The notes beneath the pieces were generated by a model. The model had not been told where the DNA came from, made no database searches, and saw only the letters and a program-made list of their open reading frames with translations. Source: Oikopleura dioica (Eukaryota; Animalia; Chordata). From it: 64,000 bases of DNA. This document shows positions 26,496-37,948 of the stretch, one piece after another (position 1 is the stretch's first letter; every line of letters begins with the position of its first letter). The DNA is taken from assembly GCA_907165135.1 (NCBI GenBank), contig OU015566.1, positions 7,316,001-7,380,000 on the forward strand. Reading direction: 5' to 3'. The translations under genes and the position numbers were made by a program.

Positions 26496-27210
26496 TTTTG
26501 CTTGTTCGAAAACTACTCTCTCGAAAAAATGAACTCAGAAGTGGAAAACGGACCGCTTTTATATTCTCTCCTGCTCGAAAAAATTCTTTTTCGACTCGTT
26601 TTTTCTTAGTTTAGTTATTTTCAACCAAGCTGGATCAATCAGACTAGTGTATAAAATTTTCTTCGTTGATTTTTGCAGCAAATTTAAAAAGCCTAGCATA
26701 AGTAAAAAATCATTCCTCCTCCCTTTCTACTACACGGTAGTATGTGATGATGAGAAGGATCATAAGCTCAAGGACGAGATCATGCAAAAACACAGAGCAT
26801 TTGATATCGAGCACGTGGAGATCAGAAAACATTTTTGCCAGAATTTCAAGCTCATTTTCAAGCTGGTTCAACGTGCTATTCTTTTCAAGGTGCGAAAAAC
26901 TAATAAATGGTAAATTTTGGACTCATGTACCAGCTTCTCGTTTAAGCGATTTTTATGCTGGTCGAGACAAGTTGCTTTTTGTATTTGGAAATTAATACGC
27001 GAGAAGACCTCTTGTCGATCAAAAATCCTGACTGTTTTACTTTTCATTTAAAAATCTCTTTCAAATCGATGATTCGACCTTGATGAGTTGCCCGGAACTA
27101 AATAAAACTAGAGAAAACGACGGTGGACTATTTGTTTTTTTTTTATATTTATTGGAAACAGTTTCAATGAAATGCTGAAAAAAATAAAGCATATGCAGTA
27201 TTCAGGGTTC

Positions 27211-28800
27211 TCAAAGAGCAAAGAACAGAAGGCAGGCAATAGCAAGTCCGATGGCAAATGCATCGTTTCCAGACTTCGCACCGTTGCCGGCTTCATTTCC
27301 GCGTACGAAGAAAGCCCCCTCTTGGTGAATTGTTTTAATAAGAACATTGTTGTCATTAGCGAGAGACGTTCTACGACGTCGTCTGGAGAAGAGATTGTCG
27401 TATCGGTTGGGGCATTGGTCGGACAAGTGGCAAGGTGAGCCGACAACAGAATCTTCGAAAACATCAAGAGGGCACAGGACCATCTCGCATGAGTATTTGA
27501 TCTTTGAAAATGAATTTTTTTCTTGGAATTAAAATAAACCTACCATTGCGCCGTTAGCACCGCTAGCTGCATTGACTCTCAGGTTGAATTGATCCTTCAC
27601 GGTTGTTTTGATATTTGATGTCCATTCAGTCCGGGTAGATTTTTGCGAGTACGTGACGAAATTGTTGTCGATACAGCCGTCATTTACAAAAGCGAAAGTT
27701 GTCGACGAGTTGCTGTAGATAGGATTGCCATCAGTATCCTCACCAACTTTAGGGTAGTTGTGGCTTGTGCATTCTCTAAAAGTTGATAGTAAAAAAGGAA
27801 AAGAGAAGAATTTTACCTGAGATGCATGATATGAGACTGGAACTCACCGGTAGCCTCGTGCTCAGCCTCGATGTAGAGACCATTGTACTCAAACTCATCA
27901 TCGAGTTCGATTATACTTCCGTCGTACTCGTCCGAAAATTGTCGATCGTTGTAAGCGGTGAAAGTGAATGGGATCTGGGCTTCAGACTCAGTGTAATTGT
28001 AGGCTCTGTTAGATTGTGGATTGGGATCGACCCAGCCGTAGTCAGAAGCTTTCAATCGGCACTGGAATTGGTTGGAGACCCCACCTCGGAGAATGCGTTC
28101 ATCGCCGAATTCGTTAATGTACCAATAGTCATCGAATCCTAAAATATCGAATGACATTTTTCGAAAGAATATGATTTAATTTACCGATGTAGAAGTCGAC
28201 GATGTAGGTCAGGCCATTTATGGGACTGATGATGTGACTGAAGTCAAACTCATCCGTGCAATTTGGGTCGTTGACATTTATATTGAAACGGACCTTACTC
28301 CCATTTTCAATCGTTTCGCCGACACATGTGCTGTTGTTGAATTGTTTGAAGGCGGTTTCCGGCACTTGCTGATCGTGTTTGGTTTTGGAGATGAGAGTAA
28401 CCTTTCGTTTTTCATCGTCGTCGTCAGGTCCATTAACCCAGGGTCGTTTGTTATTGATGATAGCGTCAATGTAGAAGTTGCCCTCATCGTCGAAAGTGCA
28501 GATTAGTCCATCACCATTCGGGTCGCAGAAATACCCATCAAGGCCGTTAGTCTCGTGGCCAGAGTCGTTTTCATCACTTCCTTGTTGGTTGAAGACAGTA
28601 TAGTTCGTGTCAGCTGGACAATCGGTAGCAGCCACACACCCGTAAGCATCACATGAATCCGAGACAACGCATGCGTACTCCTCTGAGCATTTCATCTCGT
28701 CGGTACATACGGCTGCATCTGGGTACAAGTAGCTGCGAACTTTGTTGCAGTCAGTTTCTGCCAAAGAAAGGGCTGCTAGTAAAAGTGCAAAAAAATTCAT
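27211..28800 (-). CDS. Secreted/anchored zona pellucida (ZP) domain protein, copy 1
   Basis: Signal peptide, Cys-rich N-terminus, ZP-like Cys spacing (NQFQCRL; ECTSH; DGCID; YSCEMVLCP), furin site RRRRR, hydrophobic C-terminus. Confidence 0.75.
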
Positions 28801-29786
28801 TTTTTTGCTTTTTTGAAGATTCCGAAGAATGAAAAATGTGAAATAGGCTGCTCTTTAAATACAATTCGTATTCAAGATATGAGTGTTTATTTATTGCTCT
28901 GTTTCCGGCGGGGTGAAATATGCTGCAATAAATTTTCATCATAGGATCGTAGGACCTCCTAAACTGAATAGGGACACTAGAAATATATTTTTTGAGAAAA
29001 CTGAAAAGTTCTTGTCTCAAGGAACGAGTATGCTCAGCTGAAAGAGCATCCTCGATTACGTATGCTGACTCTATCCGGTGGGGGGCTGAAAACGGAAATT
29101 TTCGAAAAAATGGGGTCGAAATCTCGAAAATGGTGGTTCTTATGACGCCAGTTTTGGGTACTTTTACTTTTCCGTTTTAAAAGGTCAATAGCTCATTTTG
29201 TAGCTCAGAGCCTGCGCTTCGCTGCAAGGTATAGATGAGCCGGTCAGTATCAGCCAAAAATTTTTTTCAGGACCTGAGAAGGTGGGTTACTTTTTCGCGA
29301 TAAGCATGTCCCTTTCTTCTTTGATTTTGGCTAATTTCGTTCTATATCATGGTTGACTGAATAATAATTGTTATATTTGCCACTTATTGCCACCCTCTTC
29401 CTGGAAGACTAACTGCTGGAAGACCAATATAAAAAAAAAATAAATAAATAGCCTTGCTTGGCCACCTATTGCCACATTAGGTCAATTTCGGTCGCTTTCT
29501 GCCGGAGAATCTCACGGAGGACTCCTTTACTGGAAGACCAACTGCTGGAAGACCAATATAAAAAAAATGAATAAATAACCTAGCTTGGCCACAAATTGCC
29601 ACATTTGGAAAATTTCGGCCGCTTTATGCCGGAGGACCTCCCGAAGGACCCCCTTACTGGAAGACCAACTGCTGGAAAACTTGTGGGGAATGAATCTGTC
29701 TCAAGACACTCAAGCACATTAAACTCAGTCAGGGAGGGGGCCAAGCCGAACCGTAGGGGAGGCCATTCAAGCTTATTCGATTCAGT

Positions 29787-30062
29787 AAGGCAGGGGCGAA
29801 GCCGACCCGAAAGGGAGGCCACGCCCGTTCATATTATTCAATCAGAGTCAGGGCGAAGCCGACCCGAAGGGAGGCCACGCCCGTTCATATTATTCAATCA
29901 GAGTCAGGGCGAAGCCGACCCGAAGGAGGCCACGCCCGTTGATTTCAGTCAGAGTCAGGGCGAAGCCGACCCGAAGGAGGCCACGCCCGTTCATATTATT
30001 TAATCAGAGTCAGGGCGAAGCCGACCCGTTTATTTGATAAAGTCGAAGTTAGGGAAAGGTTT
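29787..30062 (+). repeat. 57 bp tandem repeat array, left arm of an inverted duplication
   Basis: Unit TCAGAGTCAGGGCGAAGCCGACCCGAAGGG(G)AGGCCACGCCCGTTCATATTATTCAA, about 4-5 copies. Confidence 0.9.
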
Positions 30063-30317
30063 GGAGGATCTCCCGGAGGACCCCTTTACTGGAAGACCAA
30101 CTGCTGGAAGACCAATATAAAAAAAATGAATAAAACGATATGAATGAATAAATAAAGGATTTAACAAGTCTTTTCTGGTTGGCTTTCGTCTTCTTTAATT
30201 TTTGTTCCTTTTGGAATCCCGAACGTTGAATCTGTTGTAAACCTCCCGGATTATTCGGGAAACTGTAAGATTTGAAAAATCTCGAAATATTCGGGATCTT
30301 GAAATTTTAAAAGAGAC

Positions 30318-30676
30318 AAACCTTTCCCTAACTTCGACTTTATCAAATAAACGGGTCGGCTTCGCCCTGACTCTGATTAAATAATATGAACGGGCGTGGC
30401 CTCCTTCGGGTCGGCTTCGCCCTGACTCTGACTGAAAAAAATCAACGGGCGTGGCCTCCCCTTCGGGTCGGCTTCGCCCTGACTCTGATTGAATAATATG
30501 AACGGGCGTGGCCTCCCCTTCGGGTCGGCTTCGCCCTGACTCTGATTGAATAATATGAACGGGCGTGGCCTCCCCTTCGGGTCGGCTTCGCCCTGACTCT
30601 GATTGAATAATATGAACGGGCGTGGCCTCCCCTTCGGGTCGGCTTCGCCCTGACTCTGATTGAATAATATGAACGG
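30318..30676 (-). repeat. 57 bp tandem repeat array, inverted right arm
   Basis: Period 57 (GACTCTGATT at 30481, 30538, 30595); reverse complement of the left arm including the unique cap CAAACCTTTCCCTAACTTCGAC. Confidence 0.9.
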
Positions 30677-30730
30677 CTTTCCTTTCTTTGCTGTGAAATT
30701 ATTAAACCGGCGGCTTCCAATGAATAAACA

Positions 30731-31319
30731 TGATAGATGAAAATGACTTCTGCGGAGCAAAATCCTGACCTCAATATTTTTAGTGCTTAGTTTGTAGCGC
30801 AGAATCTAAGGAGTCGAATGGTACAATTTTTATGTGTCCAAGCCACGAAGAATGTCAAATTCTAGCGCCTAAAGTACCTGAAAATGACAGGTCATGAAGC
30901 CCTGTATCTCCACAAATTTTCGAAAAAAGTATGGATATATGGGTATCAGTCGAAAGCCCAGCTGAAACTGTGTATGGGCACCTGGTGCGCAAGAAAGAAT
31001 TCTGAAAAAAAAATTTGAGTGGAAATTTTTCGTCTCAAAAAATATTTTTTCGCTTGGAATTTTCTCTGGCGCAGTGGGTGCCCATACACAGTTTGAGCTG
31101 AGCTTTTCAACGATATCAAAATCTCCATATAATTCTGAAAATTTTCGGAGATACAGGGCTTCATGACCATTTTTCAAAGAGGGGCCTTTATGACGTCATA
31201 TGTGATGACTCAGACCCTAAAAATTATACCATTCGAATCTTTAGGTGTTGTTCTTTCGAACGAGCATAAGAAATATAGGGGCTACAATTTTCCCCCGCAA
31301 AAGTCATTTTCAAGTATCA
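30731..31319. mobile_element. Foldback element with long imperfect TIRs
   Basis: TGATAGATGAAAATGACTTCTGCGG / CCGCAAAAGTCATTTTCAAGTATCA; inner IR GTCATGAAGCCCTGTATCTCC / GGAGATACAGGGCTTCATGAC; absent from the paralogous site near 34240. Confidence 0.8.
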
Positions 31320-31439
31320 CATACAAAATATCAATCTACTTAATGACTATAAGAATTTTTTGGAAAATATTATGTCGCTAACATTGGCCCTTCAGAAGGA
31401 GAATCTCCTTCTGTTTATTTGTTTTGGAAATCTCAGCAA

Positions 31440-32220
31440 ACAAATATGCAAACAGATATGCAATTGGATCGACGGTGAGAATAGTAAAAAATAGCAAAGC
31501 TTTTTTCGTGAAATGATTGTAAAGAAAACAACGAAGATTACTGCAAATATGAGTGTTTCGATATTTGCAATAAAAACGCTAATTGCTACACTGGTTACGG
31601 CTATAAGGATGAACGATATGGATGGACCTGCAACTGGATACCTTCACAAGGATTTACATTCGTGCATGGCAAAGAATTGCAATTCTGGTTTTTTCTTTCA
31701 ATAAATTATGTTTAGCTTCACGATCATCTGAAGTCAAAGAGAATCTTTTTGTCTTCAGAAAGATTCACATGCGAGGATATGCTGAAACGATGAATTACCA
31801 TAAGAATATATTTTGCCCGAAAAATTTTTTTGGTAATTCATCAAACACTAGAAAGGCACACGCAGGATATTCATAGCAATCAAATGTGCTCGCTTCGCTA
31901 GAATTCGCAAACACTTGAGAATATAAGCTTCCCAGTTTCGATGAGTTGCCGGGATTACGAGCACAAGTGCATATTTGGGCTCGTAGTCGAAGGGGAAAGA
32001 GTGAAAACGATCTGTCAAATTAACAACATCCTTTTCCTAGCCGATCATTTCTAGCCTAAGGATGGACGTCGTCGTCGAGGAAGATGTGAGTGTACCGACC
32101 CATTCACGAAGGAATCCAAGAAAGCACGGAAGTCATCGATCAGAACTTTTTCTTTGGAGACATGAGAATCTTTTCGGACGGAAAAATTGAAGAGCAATTT
32201 GTTTGCAACCTCTTGGCCAA
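31440..32220 (+). pseudogene. Truncated duplicate of the astacin gene 5' region
   Basis: Homologous to 34680-36650; exon 1 deleted, a donor GT changed to AA, in-frame TAG (CSLR*), 54 bp insertion; ends before the catalytic domain. Confidence 0.8.
31789..31842. mobile_element. 54 bp micro-MITE
   Basis: Perfect 12 bp TIR GATGAATTACCA/TGGTAATTCATC, 4 bp TSD AAAC; the paralog near 36285 shows the empty site. Confidence 0.8.
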
Positions 32221-32304
32221 ACGACGGTGGACTATTTGTTTTTTTATTGGAAACAGTTTCAATGAAATTCTCAAAAAATAAAACATATGCAGTGTTCAGG
32301 GTTC

Positions 32305-33918
32305 TCAAAGAGCAAAGAACAGAAGGCTAGCAATAGCAAGTCCGAAGGCAAATGCATCGTTTCCAGACTGCGCACCATTTCCGGAATCGACGCCACTTCC
32401 GGCTCCGTCTCCGTTGATGAAGAAAGCTCCCTCTTGGTGAATTGTTTTAATAAGAAAATTGCTGTTCTTAGCGGGAGAACTTCTACCAGCTCGAGTCGAG
32501 AAAAGATTGTCGTATCGGTTGGGGCATTTGTCGGACAGGTGGCAAGGTGAGCCAACAACCGACTTTCCGAACACATCAAGAGGGCACAGGACCATCTCGC
32601 ATGAGTATTTGATCTTAAAAATTGAGACTTTTTTCTTGAAATTAAAGTAGACCTACCATTGCGCCGTTAGCACCGCTAGCTGCATTGACTTTCAGGTTGA
32701 ACTGATCCTTCACGTATGTTTTGACATTTGATGTCCATTCGGTCCTGCTAGATTTTTGCGAGTACGTGAAGATTTCGTTGTCAATGCAGCCGTCATTTAT
32801 AAATGCGAAAGTTCCCGACGGGTTGTCTTCGTAGATAGGACTCCCATCATTGTTCTCGCTGATTTTTCGGTAGTTGTGACTTGTGCATTCTCTAAAAATA
32901 AAGAATAACATCAAAAAAAATCGTATAATATTACCTGAGATGCATGATATGAGACTGGAGTCCATCGCTGGCCTCGTGCTTAGCTTCGATGTAGAGACCG
33001 TTGTTTTCAAACTCGTCATCGAGTTCGATAACACTTCCATCGTACTCGTCCGAAAATTGTGGATCGTTGTAAGCGGTGAAAATGAACGGGATCTGGCCTT
33101 CATACTCCACGTAATTGTAGTTTCTGTTAGATTGTGGATTAGGATCGACCCAGCCGTGATCTGATGCTTTCAGTCGGCATTGGAATTGGTTAGAAACGCC
33201 GCCCCGTAGGATGCGCTCATCGCCGAATTCGTTAATAAACCAGTAATCATCGAATCCTATTTAATGGAATATCATTGTTTGAAAGAATATGACTGAATTT
33301 ACCGATGTAGAAGTCGACGATATAGGTCAAGCCATTTATGTCACTGATGATGTGACTGAAGTCGAACTCATCCTTGCAATTTGGGTCGTTGACATTTTTA
33401 TTGAAACGGACCTTATTGCCATTTGCGATCACTTCGCCGACGCATGTACTGTTGCTGAATTGCTTGAAGGCAGTTTCAGGCACGTGCTGATCGTGCTTGG
33501 TTTTGGAAATGAGAGTCATTTTTCGTTTTTCATCGTCGTCGTCAGGTCCATCAACCCAGGGCCGTCTGTTATCGACGATAGCATCAACGTAGAAATTGCC
33601 TTCACCATCGAACGCGCAAGTTAGTCCATGACCTAACGGGTCGCAGAAATACCCATTAAGGCCGTAAGTCTCGTGTCCAGAGCCATTTTCCTTACTTCCT
33701 TGTTGGGTAAAGACAGCATAGTTCGTTTCAGCTGGACAACCACTAGCAGTTACACAACCGTAGGCAGCACATGAGTCCGAAACAACGCAAGCGTACTCCC
33801 CTGAGCATTTCATCTCGTCGGTACATACGGCTGCATCTGGGTACAAGTAGCTGCGAACTTTGTTGCAGTCGGTTTGCGCCGAAGAAAGAGTCGCTAGTGA
33901 AAGTGCAAAAAAATTCAT
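32305..33918 (-). CDS. ZP domain protein, copy 2
   Basis: Same exon structure and Cys pattern as 27211-28800; ORFs open; C-terminal STRAGRSS then hydrophobic tail. Confidence 0.75.
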
Positions 33919-34449
33919 ATTTTCTGCTTTTTTTTTTGAAGATTCTGCGAAGCAGAATGAGAAATGTGAAGTTAGCTGCTCCTATATATGGAGATGAGTG
34001 TTTATTTTATTTATTCGTATCTGGCGGAAGAAAATGGTTGAATTTCACACGGAAATTCTCATTCCATGAAATAAAAAAAATTATACTCTATTCAGTCTTT
34101 ATCCACTCTTGTGCATAAAAAAATCTGCTGCAATTAAATTTCATCATAGGATTATAGGACCTCCTATACTGAATAGCCTATTCACTTTCCTTTCTTTGTT
34201 GCGAAATTATTAAACCGGCGGTTTCCAATGAATAAACATGCAAAATATCAATCTTCCTGATGAGTATAAGAGTTTTTTTAGAAAATATTATGTCGTTAAC
34301 ATTGGCCTTTCAGAAGGAGAATCTCCTATTATATTTAAAATGTTATTTGCTTTGAAAATCTCAGCAAACAAATACGTTTCGATGAGAATCTACTTAGTTA
34401 CTACTTAAGAAGTAAGAAAGAGAGCTTTCACTCATAAATTCAACTAAGA

Positions 34450-37400
34450 ATGCGTAAAATACCGCTGATTTTTATTCTTCATGGGACACTTGCGACCTGG
34501 GAGAGAGGATGTCCAGATTGCAACAAAGATAATGTGTATGGACGGGATTGTAGCCGCGGTCGTTTCTGTACTGATTGCTTAGAGAATTATGTCGAGTCGT
34601 TTGATCCATCTAAACCGTGAGTGAGCTTTTTGAAGTCGAGTTTTTACTGAAAATTTAGAACAACTGTTGATGTTCCTGTCGATAAATATGCGATAGGATC
34701 GATGGTGAGGATAGTAAAAGGCAGCGAAGGGTAATTTATAAAGTTGAAGATATATATTTGCCTATTTATAGAGACATTATTCGTGAGAGATATGATTGTA
34801 AAGAAGACAACGAGGACTACTGCAAATATGAATGCTTCAATATTTGCAATAAAAACGCAAATTGCAACACTGGTTACGGCTATAAGGATGGACCAGGGGT
34901 CTAAATTCGCAGTGCGAATTCGCTTTATTGCGAAGCGATGCGAAGCGAAGCGAATTCGCTTTCGCTTCGCTTCGCACTGGAGAGCAGAATTCGCTTCGCT
35001 TTCGCTTCGCAAAAATTCCCAAATTTTCGCATAGATTTTCGCACATCAAGCGACTTTGCTATTCGGAAATTTTTTATATAAGAGTTGGAGTGGGGCATTA
35101 TTGATGCCGTTATAAATTCAAGTTTTCTCAGTCTTCTGAAGACGAGTCTAATGGTGGGTCTAACTATCAATAAATCCAAGGATTGACTGGTTATCAAGCT
35201 GGTCCTACCCCGGAAAACACGTTGTCACCAGCCTTTTTTATTGTAAATATTATGCTAGAATATTTTTTGAATGATCAGAATGATCTTTATGAACAGGGAT
35301 TATCTAGAATCGAAGATGATCTCATCTCCTATCGAGCAAGGGTGACCATTTGGGCAAGAAATCGTCGATTGGCCATCCGAATGCCAGGCCGAAATCAAGG
35401 GCCAAGAGTCGCGCCGTCCAAATGCCCGGTCGACCTGGTGATGGGATTTTCAATAGATGAGGGCTAGAAAAATAAGTTTCGAGAGGCTTTTGATTCAGTT
35501 AGAGGAGCAAGAGAGCAAAAATAGTTGTAAAGAATGCGAATTTTAAGAATTTTCCTCGGCGCGGGCTAGACTGAAATGCCCGAAAGCGTTGCATTCCCAG
35601 AAAAATCCGAACATGCCAAAATGCCCGAAATGCCCGCTTTTGCCCGGCCAAATTTAAGGAGCTGAGCCGTCCGAATGCCCGGCCGAATAGATTTTGCCCG
35701 AAAATTGTCCGTTTTCCCCGACTTCCCGATGCCCGAACGGTCACCCCTGCTATCGAGTTTATTGCTAATGTTGAATTTTCAACAGTTAGACCCACCATTC
35801 GGCATATATTGACGAGCTGAAAAAGGTACAATAACAGATTTTTTTGTAATTTTCTGCCCCAAAAATAGGTTTTTGAAATCATCTTTGCTTTTGAGTGGCT
35901 GATTGCTAAAGATTCTTGCCGAGAATGCGTTTCAATTCAAGCGAAAAAATTTTCGCTTTTTTTCGCAATTTTTAATGATATTTCGCTTCGCTTTCGCTTC
36001 GCACATGGGCGAACGATTCGCTTCGCTTTCGCTTCGCAAAAAAATTGAAAAAATGGTTTGCTTTCGCTTCGCTTTCGCACTAGGATTTCGGCTGATATTT
36101 AGACCCCTGGATGGACCAGATGGATGGACCTGCAACTGGGTACCTTCACAAAGATTTACATTCGTTCATGGAAAAGGTTTGTAATTCAAGTTTTTTTTTC
36201 AAAAATGATGTTTAGCTTCACGATCATCTGAAGTCAAAGAGAATCTTTTTGTCTTCAGAAAAATCCACATGCGAGGATATGCTGAAACACTCAAAAAGCG
36301 CGCGCATGATATTCACTACAACCAAATGTGCTCGCTTCGCAAGAATTCGAAAACACTTGAGAATAAAAGCTTCCCAGTTCCGATGAGTTGCCGGGATTAC
36401 GAGCACTTGTGCAAATTTGGGCTCGTAGTTGAAAAAGATAGAGTGAAAACGGTCTGAAAATTTAAAAACTTCCTTTTCCTAGCCGATCATTTCTAGGATG
36501 GACGAAGATGCGAGTGCGCCGACCCATTCAAAGTTCACGAAGGAATCCAAAGAAGCACAGAAGTCATCGATGAAAACTTTTTCTTCGGAGACATGAAAAT
36601 CTTTTCGGACGGAAAAATTGAAGAGCAATTTGTTTGCAACCTCTGGGCCAAAAATTATGAACGATATAAAAATGAAAATATGGAAAGGAAAATAAACATG
36701 CCGGAAAGTATTGGAGGCAACAGATGCAATTTGAGAGCAAATGTAAGATTTTTACTTGTTAATAATCAACTTTGACTTTTTTCATTCAAAAGCCAATGAT
36801 GGCAAATTTATGGGACGACTACTACTGCGACGGTGGCTACCTGATTCCATACGAATTCTCTGAACAATTTCCATTCTTTGAAGAAAAAAGAACAATCACC
36901 AGAGAGATCAATAAAGTCAAAGAAATACTCAAAAACAATACTCAAATAAGACTTACTCCTGTCAACGAATTCCTCAGAAAAACCGGCCTTAAAGATGCCT
37001 TCGCCGACCGATCGATCAACGAGATGAACTGCAAAAACACAACTCACATGTGTCACAAAATTACATTTTCCAACAACGGAATGGCTTGCTCCTCGCTTGT
37101 CGGGAAAAATGGAGGAATGATGGCTCATTCGATTGACTTGGGCGCTAAATACTGTCATACTCCGATCAACATTCTTCATGAGCTTTTACATGCTTTCTCC
37201 TTCATGCACGAACATACCCGGCCAGGTTCAGACATTAAATTTATTATTAATCATAATCTGTATTTAAAAGATCGCGATGACTACATAATCATGCACCCGG
37301 AAAACTACCCCGAGAGGTTCGCTCACAACTTCGCTATTCTACCAACAGAGCAGTTCAACGCAGAAGCTAAATCTTACTTCGATTTTGATTCGATCATGCT

Positions 37401-37948
37401 TTACAGTCCTTCAGCGGGAAGTACTGGCGGCCCAACGTGGGAACCTCGAAGCGGAAACTGGGAAATGTCCTCGAATGACCATATCATGTCCCCTGGAGAT
37501 ATAGAAACATTGAATAGCTTGTACCCAAAGAAGTTCGATGATTTCTGTTACAAGCCGAATTTCGAGCCTCCTACTGTTCAACCGACTCCGCCAAGACCAG
37601 CTTATGTTCCTTGCCCTATTCCTGACTTCAGTAAAGTTTCTTACAATCTTTGTTTCGCGAATGGGCTTCAAAAAGATTAAAAAAAGGTTTTTAGAAAATA
37701 ATCATGAAGCCAGAAAAGATGAAGAAATAGCAAAAATTTGTAAAAATGACTGTCGTCGATTCTATCGCAATCAGTGCACAGGACCGTCCGGATACAGTGG
37801 ATATTCTAGCAATTACAGATGTGACCCTTGCTTACTTCAGGATTTGACAGTAAGTCATTCGTTCGTGTTATTTATTAATTATTTTTCCAAGGAAAATTCG
37901 AACTGTAAAACATCTTGCTGCGCAAAAATTCAAAATATTTTCCAATAA
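34450..37948 (+). CDS. Astacin (M12A) zinc metalloprotease with a long Cys-rich N-terminal region
   Basis: Signal MRKIPLIFILHGTLA; exons join in frame up to the catalytic exon with HELLHAFSFMHEH and Met-turn SIMLY; one exon interrupted by the 34894-36109 MITE; 3' end approximate. Confidence 0.85.
34894..36109. mobile_element. hAT-like MITE inserted in an astacin coding exon
   Basis: TIR CAGGGGTCTAAAT/ATTTAGACCCCTG, duplicated target GATGGAC, internal TTCGC/GCGAA arrays; the paralog at ~31610 has no insertion. Confidence 0.9.
35337..35749. mobile_element. Nested hAT-like MITE
   Basis: TIR CAAGGGTGACC/GGTCACCCCTG, 8 bp TSD CTATCGAG, internal TGCCCG repeats. Confidence 0.88.

Noticed and set aside
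29596-30774. ORFs with 19 aa repeats as proteins; spaced repeats as a CRISPR array
   Set aside because: By-products of a 57 bp tandem unit; no unique spacers, and the context is eukaryotic
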